Shown piece by piece: positions 1 through 9,213 of a stretch of 64,000 nucleotides of DNA. Both the position numbers and the translations under genes were made by a program. The stretch's first letter is position 1, and every line of letters starts with the position of its first letter. Origin of the DNA: a virus; the IMG/VR virus record IMGVR_UViG_3300020429_000529, positions 262,762-326,761 of that record; one strand, 5' to 3'. The notes beneath the pieces are model-generated. The model was not told the origin of the DNA and did no database searches. It saw only the letters and a program-made list of their open reading frames with translations.

Positions 1-1
1 C

Positions 2-1249
2 GATAGCGGCAAGTCTTCGCTGATTGATGTGTATCTCGAAGATATCCTCGAAGATGATTCGATCAACATTCAGGTTATCAACGCCCCTGAAGTTCTCGAT
101 GACTTTGCGTTCCTTGCGGTCAATCGATCGAATCTTGCTGGTTCGATGACCGAATCGCAGCAAGGTCGAGTATTTGGTCTTGTCCTTGATAACCGAGGCG
201 TTTGGGATGTTTTGATTGGTCCCGAGGCTATTCTGCGAGAGACAGATACCGGCGGTGTATTCTCATGGCTGAGCGAAGAGTATACAAGAGAACTCATCGA
301 TGACGATGAGGCGTATGACTTCGAGTTCAATAATCCTGCTGGCTTGCCTTCAGAGGTACGCAATGCGATCTCATTGATTCCTGTTCCTGGGTATCCTCAA
401 GTTTGGACGCTTCGTATAGAGAAAGGCGTCAAGGATTATCTGAGGGCTCAGCGAACGGGCGCTAATCGCAACTCAACAACAGGTTGTTCTGTTGATATTG
501 ACATTCTGGTAACAGGCAGATTTACCGGCGTTCAAGGCATCTGCAGAGTCACAGTCTTCTTTGACGTTTACTGCGTATTCGATACTGGACTTTGTGATGT
601 CTTCTGGAATCTCATCAATCCGCCAGAGCCTTCTGGTCCAGATTTGATTGAGAACACGCTGGCTTTCTCGTATCAGTCGCTTACTGACTGTAATAACTTG
701 ACCCAGGACGCCGATGGAGACAATACAGAGATCAATGCTCCTGTTCTTGTCAATGTCACAGGCGTTCCTGTCTTTGAGAATGGCAATGGTCTGCTTCTTC
801 TTAAGTCCTACTATTCTGCCGAAGTTCAAGGCTTCTACTTCCCGAGAGGCGAAGACCTCACTGGTGTTCAGTATGAAGACTGTTCGTCTATTGGAGACAA
901 CTTGCAGCTTGCAACGAGGCTGAATACGCCTGCAATCTATCTGCCTGATGCGCCAGATCAACCGATTACGGACCCGTTTGAGATTGCTGCTCAGTTGGAG
1001 ACCGCGGATTCGTACATGTACGTCAAGCCTGCTTTCCAGTTCCCCTCTTCAGATCCCCAGAGAGATTGCGGGGCCGAAGAGATTGTCATTATTGGCGTAG
1101 GCTACCAGTTCAAGAACTGGACCGCAAGTTCGGGAACTCGTTCGGACGATATCATGTTTGGAGTCAATCTTGTTCTGCCAGGCGGCGTGTTTGCCTCGCC
1201 TGATTTGGACCTTTGTTACCGATACTACTACAACAGAGAGGAAAGCTAA
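2..1249 (+). CDS. hypothetical Cys-containing protein, 5' partial (frame open to window edge; track start 29 is GTG)
   Basis: 406-aa ORF with no upstream in-frame stop to position 2; no recognisable motif. Confidence 0.45.
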   Translation, partial: DSGKSSLIDVYLEDILEDDSINIQVINAPEVLDDFAFLAVNRSNLAGSMTESQQGRVFGLVLDNRGVWDVLIGPEAILRETDTGGVFSWLSEEYTRELIDDDEAYDFEFNNPAGLPSEVRNAISLIPVPGYPQVWTLRIEKGVKDYLRAQRTGANRNSTTGCSVDIDILVTGRFTGVQGICRVTVFFDVYCVFDTGLCDVFWNLINPPEPSGPDLIENTLAFSYQSLTDCNNLTQDADGDNTEINAPVLVNVTGVPVFENGNGLLLLKSYYSAEVQGFYFPRGEDLTGVQYEDCSSIGDNLQLATRLNTPAIYLPDAPDQPITDPFEIAAQLETADSYMYVKPAFQFPSSDPQRDCGAEEIVIIGVGYQFKNWTASSGTRSDDIMFGVNLVLPGGVFASPDLDLCYRYYYNREES

Positions 1250-1253
1250 GTAG

Positions 1254-3092
1254 ATGGGCGCAGGGTTTGACGAACGCAAATGGTGGCACACGGTCCTCAA
1301 GGTTGGGTCCGTAGAGTTCGGTACGCGAAGCGGAGCCGCTAACGAAAACCCTAATGACCGCATCACGGCCCGAGTTCAAGACACCTGCGATCTCACAGAC
1401 ATTCCTGTTCCCGCATGGGATGGTCTTGAATCGCCAGGCTTCTTTATCTACCGTCCTGCTTTTTCTGATGTTTCCGGTGCTGCCAAATCGATTGATTCCT
1501 ATGAGGCCGCTCTGGACCTTGCAAATAGAGAGCCGTTCACTTACGAACTCTACGTTGCGTATGATTCGTCGGATGCGGCCTGTACGTCCGTAGGGCCTCC
1601 TGACACTCATGATCCCGATGTCTTTGCCTCTCTTGTAGATGACTCAGGATTCGTTTTCACGCATCCCAATATCGCTTCCATCGATTCGATCGGCTGTTGC
1701 GAGATCGATCTTGACAATCCAGGCGACCCCATCGATCCAGGCGATCTTCAAGAGTGTTCTCGCATCTGGTATTTGAACATTGAGTCATCGCCGCAGTTGT
1801 ATTCGTATGACTTTGACAGAGATCCTGGACAAGAGATTCAGGATCGAGGGACTATGGCGTCTCAGCTTGGCGGCGGAACTAACTTCCATGACATCGCATG
1901 GGATGATGACGATCGCCTTTGGGCGCTTGAGTCAAACGGTATCCGTCAGGTTATTCCTGGTAGTTCTTCGGTCATTGCGAATGTTCTCGATTATGTCACT
2001 ATAAACGGCGATACATCAAACCTTTTCCCTATATCTGTGAGTTCTACGGGTTCTCCGGGTATGACTTACAATCAGCATAGCCAGCGCATGTATATCACTG
2101 CAAATGGTAGGCTGTTTGAGTTGGAGAAATCAGGAACAGGACAGCCCCCGACTCAGTGGACTGTTGTTAGAGAGGCGGAAGTAGGAAGCGATCTTCGAGA
2201 CCTGGCTGCAGACCCTTTCAATGTGATGTATTGCATCTACAACGATAGTCTTGCAACTGTAGACATTGCAGATGCCTTCGGCACCGTTCAGTATGTCAAT
2301 GGCGAAACAGGCGACTTTGCCAACTTCAATGGTCTTGATTTCATCCTAACCCTTGGAGGCGGTAGTCTCGCAACGCTATATGGTCTTGATGTAAACGGAG
2401 ATCTGGTTGAGATTGATTTTACTGATGGATCGAAGACGATCATATCGGATATCACGAGTAATCCTGGTTCAGTAGTTGGAGCATCAAGTTGTCAGGCTGG
2501 CGAAGACAATAGCCTTCCGGTCTTCCCGTTCTATCCCGGCGAATCTCCATGGATTTTCATGCTCGATGGTTCTACCTCTATGAATGGCATTCCTACTGGT
2601 CGAACCGATTCGAGGTGGGAGATTCTCATCAACGGTATGGTTGCCTTTATCGAGAACAATGTTCGTCTTGGAGAAAGGTTGTTCATGGTTATCTTCGGAC
2701 CAGAAAACAACCCAAGACTTTCGCCAGAGTTCACTTTCAACACAACAGGAGATATTCAGGCGGCGGCTGATTGGATTGCAAACCTTTCTGGTTTCCCAAA
2801 CAACTCCACGAACTTCTGCGAAGATGGACCCTTCAATACATCATGGCTTGATAGGCCCGAGTTCAACGGTATCAACAGCATCGTTGTTGTTGGAGACGGC
2901 GGATTCAGCGCGCCTTGCCCTGATGGAAGCGCGCTATTTGACTACTGTTTGAACGTTATCACGTTCTTCAGAGGGAACGGAAATCCCAACGCTATTGTTC
3001 GAGCGGTTGGCATCTACCCCAGTTCAGACGGACGAGCCGACTTGATGCAGTTGGGCGCGGCTGGCGACGGCGGTTACACGGAATGGATCTAA
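1254..3092 (+). CDS. hypothetical protein with C-terminal vWA-like domain
   Basis: 612-aa ORF; DxSxS-like motif IFMLDGSTSM followed by a Rossmann-like segment suggests vWA/MIDAS. Confidence 0.5.
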   Translation: MGAGFDERKWWHTVLKVGSVEFGTRSGAANENPNDRITARVQDTCDLTDIPVPAWDGLESPGFFIYRPAFSDVSGAAKSIDSYEAALDLANREPFTYELYVAYDSSDAACTSVGPPDTHDPDVFASLVDDSGFVFTHPNIASIDSIGCCEIDLDNPGDPIDPGDLQECSRIWYLNIESSPQLYSYDFDRDPGQEIQDRGTMASQLGGGTNFHDIAWDDDDRLWALESNGIRQVIPGSSSVIANVLDYVTINGDTSNLFPISVSSTGSPGMTYNQHSQRMYITANGRLFELEKSGTGQPPTQWTVVREAEVGSDLRDLAADPFNVMYCIYNDSLATVDIADAFGTVQYVNGETGDFANFNGLDFILTLGGGSLATLYGLDVNGDLVEIDFTDGSKTIISDITSNPGSVVGASSCQAGEDNSLPVFPFYPGESPWIFMLDGSTSMNGIPTGRTDSRWEILINGMVAFIENNVRLGERLFMVIFGPENNPRLSPEFTFNTTGDIQAAADWIANLSGFPNNSTNFCEDGPFNTSWLDRPEFNGINSIVVVGDGGFSAPCPDGSALFDYCLNVITFFRGNGNPNAIVRAVGIYPSSDGRADLMQLGAAGDGGYTEWI

Positions 3093-3096
3093 AGAC

Positions 3097-4098
3097 ATGA
3101 GAGACCCATTTGATGTAAGCCAATATAAGACCTCGTTCGGATTGAACGAGAACTATGCGCCGAATCCGTTTTCATTTGCGGACTTCACGGAATCTTTCGC
3201 GCTCGTCGCAGAGCAAATCCGAATCCGTCAAGCATGTATTCATGTTGGTTTCGGAGTCCCGCTTGATCTGTTTACCAATGTAGAAGCGTATGATGTTTCT
3301 ACTCCTGCTTCGTTGACCGCTGGTGTTGAGCTATTTCAAGATGCTGTGATTGAGCTTGTTGAAGGTACGATCGTCGATCAGTATGCCAAACTACCAGGCT
3401 GCGGTCTGTTTGTTGGCTTCTACACGTTTACCTCGAACGGGTTGCCGATTCTTGGCGAAGGCAGTATCGCTCCGGGAGGAGTCTTTACACCTCCGCCCAA
3501 TCCTGATGACATCACAGACATCATTGATTTTGCGAAAGCGATTGGCGAACGCCTCAATGACATCATCTTTGCGCTGAACAACCTCAGTTTCATTCATGGC
3601 AAGATGGTTTACGAGTATCCGTTCGATGATTCTTGCGGCGATGATTCGTCTCCTGGAACTACTGGTATTTCATCATCGCCAGGTTCATCGCCTGGTTCGT
3701 CAGTTGGTTCATCGGTTGGTTCATCGCCTGGTTCGTCAGTTGGTTCAACGCCTGGAACAGGATCTTCGCCTGGTTCGTCGGTTGGTTCGTCCCCGAACTC
3801 CTCGGTCGGATCATCCCCGAACTCTTCGGTCGGCTCTTCGCCTGGTTCTTCTCCGAACTCGTCGCCTGGTTCGTCTGGCGGTTCTACTCCATCAACAGGA
3901 ACCTCTGCCGGTTCGTCGCCTGGCTCCTCGCCCGGTTCCACTCCGGGAACTGGTTCGTCGCCTGGATCTTCGTCTGGTTCTCCGCCTCCAACGTCGCCAG
4001 GCTCTTCGTATGCTTCGTCTTACGGAAGCCCGCCCGTTTCGCCTGTCGGACCCGTTTCGCCGATCTTTGTCGGACCTGGTGTTGCTCCTGTTGTTTGA
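3097..4098 (+). CDS. Ser/Pro/Gly-rich tandem-repeat (mucin/collagen-like) protein with N-terminal globular domain
   Basis: Globular N-terminus of about 185 aa, then SSPGSSVGSSPN-type repeats encoded by a DNA tandem repeat. Confidence 0.6.
   Translation: MRDPFDVSQYKTSFGLNENYAPNPFSFADFTESFALVAEQIRIRQACIHVGFGVPLDLFTNVEAYDVSTPASLTAGVELFQDAVIELVEGTIVDQYAKLPGCGLFVGFYTFTSNGLPILGEGSIAPGGVFTPPPNPDDITDIIDFAKAIGERLNDIIFALNNLSFIHGKMVYEYPFDDSCGDDSSPGTTGISSSPGSSPGSSVGSSVGSSPGSSVGSTPGTGSSPGSSVGSSPNSSVGSSPNSSVGSSPGSSPNSSPGSSGGSTPSTGTSAGSSPGSSPGSTPGTGSSPGSSSGSPPPTSPGSSYASSYGSPPVSPVGPVSPIFVGPGVAPVV
3655..4020 (+). repeat. coding tandem repeat (about 18-36 nt units, ggttcatcgcctggttcgtcagtt-like)
   Basis: Direct repetition visible in the sequence; encodes the S/P/G repeats of the 3097..4098 protein. 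Confidence 0.7.
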
Positions 4099-4140
4099 TG
4101 TTTTGGCCGATACACATGATGAAGCCTTTTGGGATGATGA

Positions 4141-5187
4141 ATGTCAGAAGAGAAGCCTATACAAGTCAAGGTTCCCCCGCCGCGTAAGCGTACTGATCCG
4201 AATGCGGCCTACGTCAACAAAGGCGCAGTTCCGGGCAACCCTGACAATCTAACAGTTGAAGACGAAAAAGCCTTCAAGGGATTCATCCCTAAGAGAGGCG
4301 AGATGGCTCTGTATGATTCGCAAGGCCACAACTTCAACATGCGAGATATGTATCGAGGGTCTCAGGCCTTTCTCGTACTTTCAGGCCCATCCCTCAATGA
4401 TCTTGATCTCTCGCAACTAAGAGAGCGACGAGGCATTGTGACAATGGGAGTCAACAACTCATGGGTTGTTTACAAGCCTCAACTGTGGGTTGGAGTAGAT
4501 GATCCTGGTAACTTTGTAGACATTGGATGGAAAGACCCGTCCATAACAAAATTCGCGCCCGCTGGACATTGGCATAAATGGCTTGTTGTCAAAGAAGACA
4601 ACGGCACATTCCGCCGTAGCCAGTTTAGAGTAGATGACATGCCTAATGTCTACTACTTCCGTCGAAATCACAACTTCGATGTCAAGAAGTTTCTTCATGA
4701 ACCAACCGTCAACTGGGGCAACGAAGACAAGGGCATTGATGCTCTTGGCATCAAGGGCGGGCGGAGCGTTATGCTCTCTGCCATCAAGATTCTCTACTAC
4801 CTTGGCTTTCGAACAGTCTATATGCTCGGCGCTGATTTCAACATGTCATCGGAAGCAGACCAGAACTATGCTTTCAAGCAGCACAGAGACAGCGTAAGCG
4901 TTTCGGGAAACAACGCAACCTATGCAAAGCTCAACAAGCGATTCACTGCCTTGCTGCCAGAGTTTGCGGAAGAAGGCATGCGAATCTACAACTGTTACCA
5001 GAAGAGCGGACTAACAGCCTTCCCGTACATGAGCTACAACGAAGCATTGGATCGAGCCAGCGCAACTTGTAGTAAGCCCATTGACACTGAGGGTTGGTAC
5101 GATCGCAAGGAACGAGAACGAGCAGCAGAGAAGGCTCGCAAAGAGCAAGAAAAGAAGGCAACTGAAGAAGATGAAAGCGATCGCTGA
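4141..5187 (+). CDS. hypothetical protein, possibly glycosylation-associated
   Basis: 348-aa ORF co-oriented with two glycosyltransferase-like genes; basic/acidic charged C-terminal tail. Confidence 0.45.
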   Translation: MSEEKPIQVKVPPPRKRTDPNAAYVNKGAVPGNPDNLTVEDEKAFKGFIPKRGEMALYDSQGHNFNMRDMYRGSQAFLVLSGPSLNDLDLSQLRERRGIVTMGVNNSWVVYKPQLWVGVDDPGNFVDIGWKDPSITKFAPAGHWHKWLVVKEDNGTFRRSQFRVDDMPNVYYFRRNHNFDVKKFLHEPTVNWGNEDKGIDALGIKGGRSVMLSAIKILYYLGFRTVYMLGADFNMSSEADQNYAFKQHRDSVSVSGNNATYAKLNKRFTALLPEFAEEGMRIYNCYQKSGLTAFPYMSYNEALDRASATCSKPIDTEGWYDRKERERAAEKARKEQEKKATEEDESDR

Positions 5188-5882
5188 TGGCTTTGTACGT
5201 TTCACTCTATACGAAGAACACCGCTTACGAGCGCATTGCAGGTCAGCTTGAAGAATCGCTGAAGAAGTTCGACCTTCGATACAGGATCTACGCTGTCGAA
5301 GATCAGGGTTCTTGGACAAAGAACACCTATCTCAAGCCAGAGATCATTCTCGATGCCTTAGAAGGCGAAGAAGACATCGTATGGATTGATGCAGACAACA
5401 TTGTGTTGAGGCGTCCTGAAATCTTCGATGACGGTATGGATTGCGATCTGGCTTTTCATAGTCGCATTGTAGATGATGGAGGTTGGAGTCCGTTGTCATC
5501 GGTCATGTATTGGAAGCAGACCCAGGCTTCTTTAGAGCTTGTTCGCCTCTGGCTTCAAAAATCTCAACAAGGCGAGCTTGGCAAAGCAGGCATGAAGATC
5601 CCTATTGAGCCTGGTTTTGTTACTCGCATGTATACAGACAAGCAAAACGATCAACATACGTTTGCAAATGCCCTTTGGGAACTGGTCAACGAAGGTCGAG
5701 ACATTCGCATTGCTGACCTTTCCAAGGAGTATGCCATGAAGTACGACTCTGTGAATCGAAGCTTCCATGATCCATACATCATCATGAATCAGGCGGGTCG
5801 TATCTTCAACAAGGAAGAAGGATCAAAGCTAAGAAAGAAGCGCCTAAATACCGATAGAGATAGATGGGAAGGCGCTGTCTGA
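5187..5882 (+). CDS. nucleotide-diphospho-sugar transferase-like protein
   Basis: WIDADNIVL DxD-type motif; start ATG overlaps upstream stop (ATGA). Confidence 0.5.
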   Translation: MALYVSLYTKNTAYERIAGQLEESLKKFDLRYRIYAVEDQGSWTKNTYLKPEIILDALEGEEDIVWIDADNIVLRRPEIFDDGMDCDLAFHSRIVDDGGWSPLSSVMYWKQTQASLELVRLWLQKSQQGELGKAGMKIPIEPGFVTRMYTDKQNDQHTFANALWELVNEGRDIRIADLSKEYAMKYDSVNRSFHDPYIIMNQAGRIFNKEEGSKLRKKRLNTDRDRWEGAV

Positions 5883-5894
5883 GAAGGAGCAAAC

Positions 5895-6566
5895 ATGGAC
5901 GCAGTAAGGATTTTCATTGGTAGCGACATCTACAATGTCAAAGCCGAACGAGCATTGATTTTCTCGATCAAGCATCACGCTTCAGTCCCGACTGAATGCA
6001 ACATCATGAGTCGCTTTGACCAGCATGACACATGGACAGGTTGGCAATGCACCGATCAATGGGCTACCTGTTTTAGCTGCTTCCGTTGGGGCATCCCTGC
6101 GGCATGCGGATTCGAGGGTCGAGCGATCTACCTTGATAGCGATCAGATCGTTCTTGCTGACATTGCAAAGCTTGCAAACATCGATCTCAAGGGGAAGGCG
6201 ATTGGAACAACGCCAAAGCGGGAATCAAGCGTTGCTGTATTTGATTGCGCCAAGTTCAAGGATTGGGATCAGTTCCAGCTTGATGATCTGAAGCAGAACG
6301 CTGCCAAGACCAATCAATACTACAAGTGGCTACGAGATGCTGGCGAGGTAGAGTTTATCTCTCAGCAATGGAACTGTCTCGACGGAGAGGGCTACGATCC
6401 TGTTGAAACGAAGCTCATCCATTACACAAAGCTCACAACGCAGCCTTGGCATCCTGCTCCGCACCGATTCCAATACAAGCCGCATGATCGACCTGATCTT
6501 GTTGAAATCTGGCGTCGTTACTATGAGCTATCCTACGATCATCCCGAAGTTCTTGAGAAGCCCTGA
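5895..6566 (+). CDS. glycosyltransferase family 8-like (glycogenin/LPS glucosyltransferase fold)
   Basis: GT8 signatures YLDSDQIV (DxD) and HYTKLTTQPWHP (HxxGxxKPW-like). Confidence 0.6.
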   Translation: MDAVRIFIGSDIYNVKAERALIFSIKHHASVPTECNIMSRFDQHDTWTGWQCTDQWATCFSCFRWGIPAACGFEGRAIYLDSDQIVLADIAKLANIDLKGKAIGTTPKRESSVAVFDCAKFKDWDQFQLDDLKQNAAKTNQYYKWLRDAGEVEFISQQWNCLDGEGYDPVETKLIHYTKLTTQPWHPAPHRFQYKPHDRPDLVEIWRRYYELSYDHPEVLEKP

Positions 6567-7255
6567 GGCTTCGCCGATAGTTCTCGGCACTTGTGATGGT
6601 CATGGTAGTTGGGCTGCTTGAGTTCATCTGAGCCGCTCGGAGCCATAATACCGACAAGGGCATGCTTATCGCCTCGAAGAACCGGCGCTCCTTGATGGAG
6701 CATCCAGGAATCGAACAAAACTCCGTGACCTCTCTTGACAGGCAAGGATAGAACCTTGCCTTTTTCATTGATGCGGAACTGAGTTTCTCCGCCAATGAGG
6801 TTGTGACTTTGAAAGTCAGATAGGTAGACAAGGAATGTCCCGATTCTATCAGGCATGAGGTCATTGGCATCAGAATGCCAAGTAAACTTCATTTCGGGCT
6901 TGTACCAGAGATATTGCCAGAGAGCATAGTTGAGATCCCAGGGATCCTGATCGGACTTGAGAAGATCCGTAACCAATGGCCTCATGTCTTCAAGCATTCT
7001 TGCAAAGTAGAGTTGTTCGGGAGTCATTCTGGATGCCTCAAGACAAAGCACATCTCGACGCTTCTTCTTGATCTTCATCTCTTTGTAATGATTGCCAACT
7101 CCGCCTTCGACGTAGGATTCTTTGGCGTTGTCTCCAATGAGATTCAAGATGTAGTCGCACTCTTCCGGAGTGAGAAGCTCAAAGGTCCATATCTTACCAG
7201 GCAAGACCTCTTTCATCTTGAGTTTTTTGATATCTACCTTGAAGTGTTCTCCCAT
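6539..7255 (-). CDS. 2OG-Fe(II) oxygenase, prolyl 4-hydroxylase-like (track ORF extends to 7468 with a low-complexity N-terminal extension)
   Basis: HSDANDL...TFLVYL...GGET.F....PK.G.LFDS..LHQG matches the P4H HxD...H/R-x-S core; ATG at 7253-7255. Confidence 0.6.
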   Translation of the reverse strand: MGEHFKVDIKKLKMKEVLPGKIWTFELLTPEECDYILNLIGDNAKESYVEGGVGNHYKEMKIKKKRRDVLCLEASRMTPEQLYFARMLEDMRPLVTDLLKSDQDPWDLNYALWQYLWYKPEMKFTWHSDANDLMPDRIGTFLVYLSDFQSHNLIGGETQFRINEKGKVLSLPVKRGHGVLFDSWMLHQGAPVLRGDKHALVGIMAPSGSDELKQPNYHDHHKCRELSAKPQGFSRTSG

Positions 7256-7515
7256 GGAATCTCTATCGGCTGGCCGATATAGATCACATGAGCGGATGCC
7301 CTTTTCACAACAAATCTCAAGGCAAGTTCCCAGAGCAGGATAAATTCGAGTTGTCGATTTATCGTCTTCACCCTGACGGGGCTCGTTTTGAGAACGCAGA
7401 ACCGACTCGGAAGGGCGAGGCTCACAAAAGTCAGAATGAAGTTGGAGCCCTGAGATTCTGCGGACCATTTGTCCATGCTGGCTCTTGCGGAGTTTGGGCT
7501 TATCCGCCTGTTGAT

Positions 7516-8133
7516 ATGGACATCACATATCTCGGAGATGGTCAATGGGATATCGAGCAACTCTCTGAGTATACGCCGCTTGACGGAATCGTTATCAAGA
7601 ACAACTTGAGAACAGAAGACAAGTTTCGATCGATCTATCGAGGCGGTCGGATCAGCGTGGGTAAAGTTGAACCTGATCTGATTCAGATTTGGACTGGTTG
7701 CATATTCAGAACTCCGCCAGGTTGGGGACTGCATGTTCGTCAGCCGATCAACTTCCCCGAGGCCTACAACAGGCCATATCACATACAAGAGGGGATCATT
7801 GAGTCAGACTGGCTTTGGTATGACATCTGGTTCAATATCAGATTTCATCGCGCAAATGAAAAAGCAGAACTACGCAGAGACATGTGGCCTCCTCTTGCTC
7901 AGCTTGTCCCCGTGAGAAAAGAAGCCTACGCAAAATGCGAAATCCAAGATCAGATCCTTGACAGGAAAACTGAGGATGGCGGCGAGGTTTGGGATTTCTG
8001 GCAAGAATACAACTACCAGAAATGGTACGCAAAGAACGAAAAAGACTCACGAACGTATAATCGGACCAGGAAGCTTCTCAGAGGCGAGGAGCGAAGAAAT
8101 AAAAGCCCCGGAGACGGTTCCACAAAGGAATGA
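7516..8133 (+). CDS. hypothetical protein (alternative longer start at 7288 would overlap the oxygenase gene)
   Basis: First ATG that clears the divergent gene is at 7516; no motif recognised. Confidence 0.35.
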   Translation: MDITYLGDGQWDIEQLSEYTPLDGIVIKNNLRTEDKFRSIYRGGRISVGKVEPDLIQIWTGCIFRTPPGWGLHVRQPINFPEAYNRPYHIQEGIIESDWLWYDIWFNIRFHRANEKAELRRDMWPPLAQLVPVRKEAYAKCEIQDQILDRKTEDGGEVWDFWQEYNYQKWYAKNEKDSRTYNRTRKLLRGEERRNKSPGDGSTKE

Positions 8134-8163
8134 ACCGGCCTCCCTCAACTCGAAGTTAAGGGT

Positions 8164-8790
8164 ATGAGGAAGAGCTTTGAGAATGTCAAAAGTATAACTC
8201 TCAGAGGCAGACGATATCGGGTTTATCTGGTCACAAGGATGGGGACCGAAGATAACCCGATCTATGGTCTTTGCTCTCCGCCCAGCGAAAAAGGGCGATG
8301 CATATCCTACTACATTGGCTTGAAAGGCGAGAGGCGTCTTGATGTTCTCATTCATGAGATGCTGCATGCCTGTTTCTGGGACATCGCAGAAGAAGGCATC
8401 CAGTTCGGCGCAACATCGATAGCGAAGGCGCTTTGGCGTATGGGGTATCGCCTCAGCACAGACGAAGAAGTGCCCGTTGTCCCGCCCGACGTTGATTACG
8501 TCACGATCCGAGGTCGGCGATACAGGTTTGAACGAGTCTCAACGAAGGAAGTATGGTTTCATGCAGGATACCATACTTGGACTTCTGCTCCGCATGAGAA
8601 GAACAAGTTCATGAGGATCAAGAAGGGGATCAAGAAAGAGACAGAGCTTCAAGCGATTCTTAAGAGTCTCATCACAGCATGCTACTGGGACATGGATAGC
8701 GAGTCTGTTCGAGAAACGGCCAAGGACATTGGTCATGCTCTTTGGAGAATCGGATATCGTCGTCGAGCCAAGGACATTGATAGCAAATAG
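8164..8790 (+). CDS. internally duplicated two-domain protein, first copy with HExxH motif
   Basis: Two copies of about 95 aa (ITLRGRRYRV...WRMGYR and VTIRGRRYRF...WRIGYR); HEMLH only in copy 1. Confidence 0.5.
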   Translation: MRKSFENVKSITLRGRRYRVYLVTRMGTEDNPIYGLCSPPSEKGRCISYYIGLKGERRLDVLIHEMLHACFWDIAEEGIQFGATSIAKALWRMGYRLSTDEEVPVVPPDVDYVTIRGRRYRFERVSTKEVWFHAGYHTWTSAPHEKNKFMRIKKGIKKETELQAILKSLITACYWDMDSESVRETAKDIGHALWRIGYRRRAKDIDSK

Positions 8791-8803
8791 TCGAAGAACA
8801 GGT

Positions 8804-9160
8804 ATGAACTGGTACAAAACTCTCAAAATGGCTCAGATCGGCGCGCCTGTAGACATGAATGCTACTGAAGCGGTCTATCAAAGACTTCTTCAAGCGGATC
8901 GCTCACAAGCCGATGGAGCGTCCGCTGTGGACGACCTCTACGGACAGGGCTACGACCCAGCCTCGATCGAGGGAGCCATTCAGGAGGCTGTCAGACGCAT
9001 CGTGGGGCCTAATGCTGACGAGACCATGCTATCGCCTGCTCAGCAGAGCGTTTTGATGGCTCTGAGGTCTCAATCCCAGGCACCTCAGCCGCCTGGTCTT
9101 CCTATGGAGCCTATTGATGCTCCGATGGATGAGCCCATTGGCGAAGCATGGTACAATTGA
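8804..9160 (+). CDS. hypothetical protein, MNWYK N-terminal family
   Basis: ATG 8804 preceded by gaagaacaggt; N-terminus MNWYKTLK shared with three ORFs at 40.5-42.4 kb. Confidence 0.5.
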   Translation: MNWYKTLKMAQIGAPVDMNATEAVYQRLLQADRSQADGASAVDDLYGQGYDPASIEGAIQEAVRRIVGPNADETMLSPAQQSVLMALRSQSQAPQPPGLPMEPIDAPMDEPIGEAWYN

Positions 9161-9195
9161 AAAAAGGCCCCGCCCGAAGGCGAGGCCTTTGTTTG
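9160..9195. terminator. bidirectional rho-independent terminator between convergent genes
   Basis: aaaaaGGCCCCGCCcgaaGGCGAGGCCtttgttt, with A-tract 5' and T-tract 3'. Confidence 0.7.
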
Positions 9196-9213
9196 TATCA
9201 GCTTGGCTGAGAG

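Noticed and set aside
3655-4020. Possible CRISPR array
   Set aside because: The repeats are contiguous, with no spacers, and lie in frame within a coding sequence. There are no cas genes nearby.
3596-4252. 218-aa R/L/V-rich ORF and 110-aa acidic minus ORF over the S/P/G repeat DNA
   Set aside because: These are alternative frames of a tandem repeat. Only the S/P/G frame continues from a globular N-terminal domain.
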